NCBI GenBank assembly: GCA_051294375.1
Contig: CM119269.1
Coordinates: forward strand, 14,891,918-14,955,917
Length of the DNA: 64,000 nucleotides
Direction of reading: 5' to 3'
From: Paraspadella gotoi
Taxonomy: Eukaryota; Animalia; Chaetognatha
The translations under genes and the position numbers were made by a program. How positions within the stretch are numbered: position 1 is the first letter of the stretch; the number at the start of each line of letters is the position of its first letter. Positions 15,296 to 25,228 of this stretch are shown in pieces. The notes below the pieces were generated by a model that was not told the DNA's origin, made no database searches, and was given only the letters and a program-made list of their open reading frames with translations.

Positions 15296-15403
15296 CTAAT
15301 TGGTTGAAGAAAGTCTCGTTCTCGTTCGGTGATTGGTCGAAAAGTAAGACAGTGACTGAATCAAAGGCCTCTGATTGGTTTAAATTTGAAAAAAAGATTG
15401 GCG
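15296..15403 (-). promoter_or_regulatory. Cluster of four same-orientation CCAAT boxes (NF-Y-type promoter candidate)
   Basis: ATTGG at about 15299, 15332, 15374 and 15397; the last three are in GATTGG context. Confidence 0.4.
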
Positions 15404-15424
15404 ACGGTCAGCATTAAATCCTTT

Positions 15425-15860
15425 TTTTAGTCGGATCTGCTTAGTCGGTCCGCCACCCCAATCTTGTCGGGCATTCACTTATATCATGTCAGAACATCGA
15501 ATTATGATAAATTATGCAAAAAAAAAAAAAAACGATGTCCGTCCATCCGTCTGTCTGTTCGTCTCGTACTCGTGATTGGATGGTTGGATTGTAATGAAAC
15601 TTTGTATGTGGTTAGAGTGGTGTGTGATTGAGCTGGATATGAAGTTTCGATGAAATCGTCCGAGTGGAAATGAGTTTAAATGGAAAAAACAATAAAATAT
15701 ATTTCATTATTTGAACACCAATTACTCATGAGTGGATGGGGCAATTGACCTGAAATTTTGTATGTGGGTAGGAAAGTGTGTGATTAAGCTGGAAATCAAG
15801 TTTCGATGGAATCGTTTGAGTGGAAATGAGTTTAAATAGAAAAAAACAAAAAACCTGTTT
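15425..15860 (+). mobile_element. Helentron/DINE-1-like non-autonomous element fragment
   Basis: A GTCC/GTCT microsatellite (15536-15563) is followed by two tandem ~156-bp core repeats starting GAAA(C/T)TTTGTATGTG at about 15596 and 15752, the layout typical of HINE/DINE elements. Confidence 0.55.
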
Positions 15861-16468
15861 CACTCATTGATTATGCTTCTTTTTTTATATTAAATGTATT
15901 AAATGTAAATGCAAGATGTATAAATTAATAAAATAATTAATCAGTTAATTATTCAATTAATTAATTAATTATTAAATAATCAGTCAATTAATCAATCAAA
16001 ACAAACATTTCGGATCAAGTTAATTAATTGACTAATTAATTAATTAATCAATAACGGATAATGATCGTGGGCAGATCCGACATTGTTTGCTGTTGTTGTT
16101 GTTGAACTTGTTCATTCCAAGGGTTAAGAACGAGTAGTAAGTAACTCGAGTCTTGAGACTAATTTTTCGTGACCAACCAAGAGGGCCACATATTATTTCG
16201 TGAAAAAATAAAATCTTTTCCTTTGACAATTTGATATCGACTAAATTAATACGTACATCTATTTTTACGGATTCTGAGACTTTTTTCTCTTTACTTTTTT
16301 TAAATTTTCTTATTTCTTCTTTCGGAAGTCGTTCAAGCTGCCGTCGTCTTCGTCTTCTCTTTATTCCTCCACCGGAGAACGACNNNNNNNNNNCCAATGA
16401 AGTGGTCGACTTACAAAACACAAACAACTTGGTTGATGACGCTAACCAACGAATTGAAATTCCGAAGG

Positions 16469-16502
<34 letters not shown>

Positions 16503-17167
16503 NNNNNNNNNNNNNNNNNNNNNNNNNNNNNNNNNNNNNNNNNNNNNNNNNNNNNNTGAAAAGATCAGAACTCAAGAGTATATCACGTTTGGCTTGTGAA
16601 CCAAGAAGTGGTCGACGACTTACAAAACACAAGCAACTTGCGTTTATGAATGACGCTTAACCAACAGGAATTGAAAATATTCCGAAGTGCGACGTTACAG
16701 CGACGAAAGTAAAGGATAAATTAGAGATCCGAACGATCTTAGGTTAAAGAAGAGCAGGGAGAATATGTGAGGGATGATTTTTTGAAGATTCTTCAGCGAA
16801 GAGTGGGTGACCCCAAAAATCTTTAAAATACACCAATTGATTACGTAGCTTTACATAGACAAACTCGGTATACATCTGAAAATAAATTGGTTGGTATTTC
16901 GTGCGCAACTATTTAACTTTGAAAGCTTAAACTTAAAGATTTGCTTTTTTTTTTGTCTTGCTCAATACTTTCAGTGAAGACCTGAATTAGTCGAGCATTC
17001 GGATTGAAACCGTTTTTTTTTTTTTAATGCTTTGATAAAAACAGGTATTTCGAATTCTAGAGTCATTGAAAATAACAGTTAAACTGATATGGATTTGTAA
17101 TTTCAATTCAAGAAAAAGCATGTAATTTTGCAATTTTTATTAAAAAAAAATATTTTTTTAAAGAATT

Positions 17168-17331
17168 ATTATTTAGAAAAAACGTTTGAAATTGTTTGCA
17201 ACTACGAGTTTATTTTTCATTTAGAAAGGTACATGTTTCGACTCTAGTTGCGAGCCTTCATCAGCGTAAATTAAGTTTCTAAATTAAATTAAACTCGTTG
17301 TTGAAAACAATTTCAAATGTTTTTTTCTAAA
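17168..17331 (-). ncRNA. Minimal hammerhead ribozyme within an inverted repeat (Penelope-like pLTR remnant)
   Basis: Minus strand 17264-17230 reads CTGATGA A GGCTC-gcaacta-GAGTC GAAA CATGTA. It is flanked by ~60-bp inverted arms at 17168-17228 and 17276-17331. Confidence 0.7.
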
Positions 17332-17586
17332 TTTAATAACACAACGAAAAGAAAGGATTACAACACAAAATGATTTTTAAAAGTGTTGAATTAATAATGA
17401 TCCGGTAAAATCTATATTCGACAAAATTATTTAAGATTCATTTTCATTTCATCATCGCCTAAACTGAACGTTTCAAGCTGAATCGAGGTGAGCTCGCTAC
17501 AATAAATTCCGCTCATCATTAAGTCTATCAATACTAAATAAAAGCAAATGGTATTAAATTTGTGTTACGGAAAATTTCAGTTCGGT

Positions 17587-18018
17587 GAATCCTCAATATT
17601 CGTGTCATTTTTTAAAAATTGAATCCGAGATATCCGTGTTGTTTTTTAAAAATTAAATCCGAGATATCCATTTCGTTATTTAAAAATTGAATCCTCAATA
17701 GCCGTTTTGTTTTTTAAAAATTAAATCCAAGATATCTGTGTCTTTATTTAAAAATTGAATCCTTGATATCCGTGTCGTTTTTTAAAAATTAAATCCAAGA
17801 TATCCGTGTCTTTATTTAAAAATTTTATCCTCGATATCCGTGTCGTTTTTTAAAAATTAAATCCAAGATATCCGTGTCGTTTTTTTAAAAATTAAATCCG
17901 AGATATCTGTGTCTTTATTTAAAAATTGAATCCTCGATATCCGTGACGTTTTTTAACAATTGAATCCTCGATATCCGTGTCATTTTTTAAAAATTAAATC
18001 CGAGATATCCGTGTCGTT
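17587..18018. repeat. Minisatellite, ~33-bp unit x ~13
   Basis: Unit TTTTTAAAAATT(G/A)AATCC(TC/GA/AA)GATATCCGTGTCG repeated in tandem. Confidence 0.95.
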
Positions 18019-18158
18019 CTTTCGTGTACCTATTTTTTTTGGTCACTCGAGATAAATTTTTCTCTGGCCCCGGCCCTATTAACTTTTTTCGAATAGCTTT
18101 ATTCAGCATTTCTCAAATTATAAAATATTAAACTAAAACATCTTCTCCGATAATCCAA

Positions 18159-18933
18159 ATGGATAATCCTCTCGTCAAGATCAGAAGCATGAAGCNNNNN
18201 NNNNNNNNNNNNNNNNNNNNNNNNNNNNNNNNNNNNNNNNNNNNNNNNNNNNNNNNNNNNNNNNNNNNNNNNNNNNNNNNNNNNNNNNNNNNNNNNNNNN
18301 NNNNNNNNNNNNNNNNNNNNNNNNNNNNNNNNNNNNNNNNNNNNNNNNNNNNNNNNNNNNNNNNNNNNNNNNNNNNNNNNNNNNNNNAGAAATGAGCGTC
18401 GACTTCGACAGCGAGACGCCTCTCTCCATAAAAGAGAGGGCGGAATTCAAGTAAGTTTCGCAACTAATTAGAATTTAGTCAAAAATTCAACGAAATGAGA
18501 CGGAATTAACTGAATAACAAATAATTGACTGGCTTCATTCCCTCACTGTCATCAACTTAATTTATCAGAATCCAGCTGGAGTTCACGGTAGAGGAACGCA
18601 TCGTCTTGGGAATTAGGTATTACCACGAGATCAAGAGACAAGGAATGACCGCCGATAAGAAGAGCCACATGGTAGGAACTTACGGTCCCAGGGACGAACC
18701 GCATATTTACGTGTCTCCCGTTGACGAATTCCCGATGGGATTGATGCTCAGAGGTGACTTTTCTTATTTTTAATTCTTCATTAGTTTGACTTTTTCTGTC
18801 TCAAAATTAAAACCGATTTGACTCTGGCTCAGGTAACAGCAACTACGAAGTCTATTCGAAATTAATCGACGACGATAAAAATATTCACAAGGCGTGGACC
18901 TGGAGTTTCGACGTGTGCAAGGACTGGGAATAA
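18159..18933 (+). CDS. Rho GDP-dissociation inhibitor (RhoGDI)-family protein, Ig-like domain; interrupted by an N gap
   Basis: Pieces 18159-18195 (MDNPLVKIRSMK), gap, 18389-18450 (EMSVDFDSETPLSIKERAEFK), 18569-18753 (IQLEFTVEERIVLGIRYYHEIKRQGMTADKKSHMVGTYGPRDEPHIYVSPVDEFPMGLMLRG) and 18833-18933 (NSNYEVYSKLIDDDKNIHKAWTWSFDVCKDWE*). The GT-AG introns are in phase. MVG(S/T)YGP, DDDK, WxW and KDW are RhoGDI hallmarks. Confidence 0.92.
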
Positions 18934-19664
18934 ATCACTTTTTGTTATTTAAAATAATCTCCGTCTATCAACGGGTTTTTTTTTATTTGGAGCAAAACCA
19001 TAAAGATACTTTCAATTGTCAAATGTCTATTTCTGGTATAAATATAAAATATACAACCTGTCACTCTATTTCCAACGTTAGTTTTTCACAAAAAGCATTT
19101 CTTCACAAAGAAAATCTCACAATCCCTCCGCTTCCCTTCATCCTTCTCACACGACTGTTCGAGAATTTCCTTAATCACTCACCAGGCGATAAACCCTCGA
19201 ATTCGCTAAGACTAAAAAAAAAAAGGACGAGGAAACTGTTTTTTCATTCACGATTTTCACCGAAGGCGATGTTCACCCCGATGTTCACAGAGATGTGAAC
19301 GTCGCCCGAAAGAAGTTCGCAANNNNNNNNNNNNNNNNNNNNNNNNNNNNNNNNNNNNNNNNNNNNNNNNNNNNNNNNNNNNNNNNNNNNNNNNNNNNNN
19401 NNNNNNNNNNNNNNNNNNNNNNNNNNNNNNNNNNNNNNNNNNNNNNNNNNNNNNNNNNNNNNNNNNNNNNNNNNNNNNNNNNNNNNNNNNNNNNNNNNNN
19501 NNNNNNNNNNNNNNNNNNNNNNNNNNNNNNNNNNNNNNNNNNNNNNNNNNNNNNNNNNNNNNNNNNNNNNNNNNNNNNNNNNNNNNNNNNNNNNNNNNNN
19601 NNNNNNNNNNNNNNNNNNNNNNNNNNNNNNNNNNNNNNNNNNNNNNNNNNNNNNNNNNNNNNNN

Positions 19665-19698
<34 letters not shown>

Positions 19699-20585
19699 AC
19701 AATCGTCGTCGTCTTGCCCCCCAACGCCTCTTCAGGACCATCCGAGGTCGACGCGAGAGTCTCCAGGTGGAGAGTNNNNNNNNNNNNNNNNNNNNNNNNN
19801 NNNNNNNNNNNNNNNNNNNNNNNNNNNNNNNNNNNNNNNNNNNNNNNNNNNNNNNNNNNNNNNNNNNNNNNNNNNNNNNNNNNNNNNNNNNNNNNNNNNN
19901 NNNNNNNNNNNNNNNNNNNNNNNNNNNNNNNNNNNNNNNNNNNNNNNNNNNNNNNNNNNNNNNNNNNNNNNNNNNNNNNNNNNNNNNNNNNNNNNNNNNN
20001 NNNNNNNNNNNNNNNNNNNNNNNNCGCCAATGCCCGGAAAGAAAAGATTAATGAGAGTCGAAAGGTAGAGACGGACAGACGGATAGAGGGAGACGGGGCG
20101 AGCGACCGGTCAAAGGCGGACGGATCACCCGCGGGACCCCAAGGGTCGAAGTTGAAGTAAAATGATGACCGCGAGAGGGAGTGCGAGCGATTAAGCTAGA
20201 ACGGTCACGTGACAGGCGTAACCGACGAAGTAGTAATGTATCGATCTGGACGGGAAATTCGTTGTGACTGAAGAGTGAAATCTGATTTTAACTAGAGTAT
20301 TCGAATTATAATTTCAATATCCGAAAAAAAATGTATGAATGATTGCATGAACATATGCATGAATGAATCAATTAATAAATCAATCAATAAATCAATCATT
20401 CAATCAATCAATCAATCAACTAATCAATCGAAAGCCGATCAGCGATCTGTGGCCCGCCAGTCACGTTTTCTCTTGAGAGAGTAAAACTGTTAATGGAATT
20501 TTTACTCTTGAGATGAGAATTCCGGTCAGTTGATTGTGGGGTTTGTTTGTGAGAAGGTATCGAGTACCTCTCTATGAAAGGGTCA

Positions 20586-20638
<53 letters not shown>

Positions 20639-22247
20639 GGTAGCATTCCTTTCCTCCTTATCGCATCTCTCGATGTATCACAACAAAGCTAAGTATTTTT
20701 CCAAGGGATCTCGATTCTAATCTACGTAAGACGATCTTTTGTTTTTGTTTCGTTGTTTACAAACAAAGTGTAGAATGTCGTGAAGACTGGCGTCGGAGAT
20801 TAGCTTACGTTCAGTTCGGAAGAAATGTAAATAAGTGGGAATTGGAAGGTTCCTTTCGTTCGTTTCTTCGTTCGTTCGCTTCGTTCGTTCGACCGTTCGC
20901 TTCGTTCGTTCTTCCTTCATTCTTTCCTAATTATTTCGCGATGCTTCTCATTAGAGCTTGACAAACGGACCGACCGACCATCCAGACGCCTCACTTGACA
21001 CAAAGTTGACAAAAAAATCTTCACCCGAGGCTCAAATGTCACTTTTTCACTTTGAGACCAATTTTTTTCCGTCACCCCGGAATCGCGAAAGGCGAAAGTC
21101 TCGCCTCCGAATCGCCGACGATTTAACTCAGGAGCATTATCCAGTAACATATTATCCTAAGCTCAGTAAGCTGTTCTCGTTACTTTGAGTCGATTTCGCC
21201 GACTCCGAAAACGACCTTTCTTAGGCGTCCATCTTCCGTCTCTACCCAAAAACTCTTTGACTTTTAAAAGAGCAAATAAAAGGGAATCATCCCTTTCTGC
21301 CCGAAAAGATGTAAAACTAAGAAATAAAAAGAATTTGGTTGTCATATCTTTATTTTCAATTTTTTTTGTGTTTCGAAAACGAGAAAGAATTTTGAATTCT
21401 TTCGTAAGAAGATAAAAGTAACTTTCCTTTTAACAATTTTGTACGCACTTACGTAAGATGAGAAATATATAACTAATTCCATTATTTATTGTACAACAGT
21501 TCATTATATAAACACGTTAAATCGTCCCGTCAACTTGGAGGTAATTATTGCCTCCTTTCCGCAAATCCGATGCAGCGAGAGAAAGGATTAGAAATTTATG
21601 ATAGACCTGACTCCATAAATCCTTACCCCCTGAGACCCAGACTTCCCTCGGCCCTGTTTCCATCTTGAGTCCGGATTCTCACCAAAGATTATCTTTCATT
21701 CACGAATCGGGAAAGAGGATCACGTGAGGAGATCAACTCGAGGACGAAGAGCATCACGGGATGAGGAAGGTCACGTGATTAGGATGAGGATCTTCGCGAG
21801 AAGAGGTCACGTGACGCGGCTCATCATGAGGGGGGAAGTCACGTGAACAGGACGTTGAACCCCATCGTCGGAAGAGCTGGAGCTTCGCTCTCGACAGGGG
21901 TGACGACGAGAAAGAGCGGGTGAGGAAAGAAGGAAGGTAAGGTCGAGGTGATCTCTAGGTAAGTTGACGAAGATCGATCGAGATCGCGTAGAGGAACTAA
22001 TGGGAAAATTAATCGATGAGTCATTCAAAGTCGGAATTTTTTTTGGGTTAATTTCGTAAGGGAAAAACTGGAAAGAGTTTTTAAAATGAGGAATAAAAAA
22101 ACCTGTACATTTCATTAATCGTTAGCGAAAAAAAAAATTTATTTTTTTAATTCTAGAAAATGGTAGTATGACCAATAATTTTTGGGAGGAATCAAAATAA
22201 AAATTATAATTTTAATCATGAATGCAGATAGCATAAAAAATTTATTA

Positions 22248-22448
22248 TATGAAATTGGTACAACCAATATAAAATTATCCATTCATTTAATAAATAAGCT
22301 ATCTTGCCCCTGATTTTTGGACAGGCTTTAGTGGTTTAAGGCCTCCATCACTCTTACAAGATAATGACATAGCAGGTCCCTGCAAGCTTTCAATCAAGAC
22401 TCTCACACAGTCTCGTTTATTCACTCCCAGAGTACCTAGCTTCCCTAT
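22248..22448 (-). repeat. ~200-bp dispersed repeat (unclassified, SINE-body-like), copy 1
   Basis: Near-identical reverse complement of 44064-44263 (GGTACTCTGGGAGTGAATAAACGAGACTGTGTGAGAGTCTTGATTGAAAGC...). Confidence 0.85.
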
Positions 22449-23639
22449 ATATATATTATATATATATATTATATATAATTTTATACATGATATATATAAA
22501 ATTATATATATATCTTTGTAAATATTTATATAGAAACTTGGTTTGTTCACAAGATGTCGAGAGATACAAAAGACAAGATCTCTCACCCCGCCCTAATTCC
22601 TTTCTTTCGTCTCGAATCTTGTTACGCGGAAAAAAAAACTATTTATTTTGATTTCGTTGATTTTGTAAACAAAAAAGGATTCGGCCTCGATTTCGCTTTC
22701 CCGAACAAAAGACAAACAAAGAATCGAATTTCGCGAACATTTTTTTCCCAGTTTTTATTCTTTTGAACGAGAAGGGGATAAAGAGGGGGGGGGTAGGGAG
22801 GTGGTAAGCTGAGATAGGGAGGGGCGTTGGGTGAGTGATCGAATCAGGGTAAGTTTGGTGGCGGGTGGGCCCTCGAGCGAATAGGATCGAACAGCCCGAA
22901 GGAGTGAGTGAGGTTTTTTTTTCGGGTTTCGTAAACAAAAGATCGATTACGAATTCAAAGCGAAAAGGAAAATAGGTGGGGCGCGTTTGATGGTAAATTC
23001 CCAGATGGAGATTTCTGAGTAGGGGCAGGTAAGTTATGCCACAGACAAGAAAGCTTCGGGTCATTTCGGCCCAGTAGGAGGTCCAGACCGTTTCGGCTGG
23101 TTGCTGGTTGCCAGGTGGGTTTAATCACCCCACAATGATAAGCTCGTCCCACCCACCAGATTGATAAATATAACGACAAACTATTTACAGAATTAGCCGT
23201 CATCGTCGACACATTTAAACAAAAAAAAAAAAAAAAATACGAAGTCAAAGACAAGAGTTGGAGCCTCGTAAATTTCTCTCGTTGTCGAAATATTTTTAAG
23301 TCTTGAAAGTCGGAAATTTCGAAGGAAGGCGAAGATCGTAATTCAAAATCTCACGAGGAAAACGTCCAAGATAAATCGATGGCATCTGCTGTATTTAAGC
23401 CGAGAGATATATATTAGTTTTTATAATTTAAATATAATGAGAAAAGGCGAAGAACCTGAATTAACTTGAAATTTAATGTCGAAAATAAATATAAAAAATT
23501 CTAATCGGGCGAGAGAACTGATAAAAAATTTGAAAAAGTGATAAATAAATCTGAAATTAGTATTGTTTAGTTGAGTTTAAAATAACCCCCCGTCATAATT
23601 TTAAAACGTTCTACAAGAACTGACGACTGACGAAGAACT

Positions 23640-23730
23640 GACAGTGACCGAGGGGAAAGGGGGCGCCATCCCGACCAGGGCGAGAACCCAAAGGCCATTG
23701 GCTTCGGAGATGAAGCATTACCCCAACGTA
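23640..23730 (-). mobile_element. Possible tRNA-derived SINE head fragment
   Basis: Minus strand reads GTTGGGGTAATGCTTCATCTCCGAAGCCAATGGCCTTTGGGTTCTCGCCCTGGTCGGG, with A/B-box-like spacing. Confidence 0.3.
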
Positions 23731-24029
23731 TTATTACGGTTATTGATATGCCTTCACTGCAGCCTAATTGTTACCCATTATTTTATTCTAGTATCTACGT
23801 CTTAAACATACTATGTAAAAATAACAACTTTGGTTTTTGGCATCCGCTAATATTCCGTCCTGCAATACAATAAAGAAAAGTTTAATGGTTAATGATACTT
23901 AATGATACATGTATGGAGTGATTATTTTTACTCTAAAAAGTTTTCGACGTTTTATTTGTAAAAGTGAAGTCGGATTCGTTTGAACCGGAGCTTCCCAAGA
24001 TGAAGTCATTTATCATCCTAAAAGGAGCG

Positions 24030-24066
<37 letters not shown>

Positions 24067-25228
24067 CTTTCATTTTCTTTTCATTGTCTTTCTTTCTTTC
24101 TCTCTCTCTCTCTCTTTTTCTTACTCACTCACTCTCTCTTTCTTTTCTTTCTCTCTCTCCTCGTCTCTCTCCCATCCCCTCTTCTCTCTTCTTTCTTTCT
24201 TTCTTCTTCTTTCTTTCTTTCTTTCCTTTCTTTCTTCTCTCTCTCTCTTTCTCTTTTTCTTACTCACCCACTCTCTCTTTCTTTTCGTTGTTTGTGTTGG
24301 TGTTTGCAGTTCCCGTGTTCTTTCTCTCCGTCGTTCGTTTTCGTTCGCCTGGGGGTTTGATCTGTGTTGTCTTTTATGGTGTGTGTGTGCGGTTGTTCCT
24401 GGCTGGTCTGGTGAGGCAGTACCTGGGAGGCTCCGCGTGTCTGCTCTCCTCTCTCTCTTTTCTTACTCACGGGTCATCGGTAGGGTGTCGGTGTGATGTG
24501 TTTTCTCTTTGTGCATCTTTTTCGCGTTATGAGTTGTTTATCGTTCAGTACTCGTTGCTCATTGTTCGAGCGGTTGGTTGACTCGTTGTGCTGTCGTGAT
24601 ACTGCGTGGTCTCTCTCTCTCTCTCTCTTCTCTGCTCTTCTCTCTCCCTCCAAGAAAAAAACATAATTTTATTGCATTTTCTCATTATCAACAATGGTAT
24701 TTGTAAAATATTTGGCTGGAACAGATGGGAAAGTTTCCCCGAATTGAGAGAATGTTTTGGTTAACTTGACATTTACAACATTTTTCAAAGCAGTCATGAA
24801 CGATTTATAAAGAGATTATTGTTAACGGAAAATGTACTATGGCAACAGCCGAATCGCCAGTGATGCCCATTGGGATGGGGCAACTCACTGAGCCTCTAAA
24901 CTACTCATAGCATAAATAGTAATTTAGTCAAGGGAGGAAGTACGGATAATGACGGTCATGCACCTTTTAAAAATATCTGACTAAGTATTTCTCCCGAATA
25001 GCGAAATATCCGAGTTAATTTTAATTCGTTACTCATACTAATTTTGGATTTTACATTAGGGAAGTAAAAGTGAAATCCTGGGATTTCCTCCGGCTGCGGG
25101 AAAGAAACAAGTCTTGGCCATATTTTAAGGTAAGGCATTCTTTCAATTCCGCACTTTTTCCGGAAATTCTTATTCGGAAAAAGAAAACTTTTTTCTTATT
25201 TTTTTTAATAAATTCTCTATAATTGACC

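Noticed and set aside
16395-16745. Tandem duplicated exon-like segment (GAAGTGGTCGAC..TTACAAAACACA..)
   Set aside because: The second copy is indel-ridden and separated by an N gap; probably a raw-read gap-fill duplicate. It does not encode the RhoGDI arm.
17587-18018. 33-bp repeats resembling a CRISPR array
   Set aside because: There are no unique spacers and no cas genes, and the context is eukaryotic; it is a tandem minisatellite.
23020-23040. U1 snRNA 5' end (ACTTACCTG on the minus strand)
   Set aside because: The following sequence does not resemble U1; it is only a consensus donor-like CAGGTAAGT on the plus strand.
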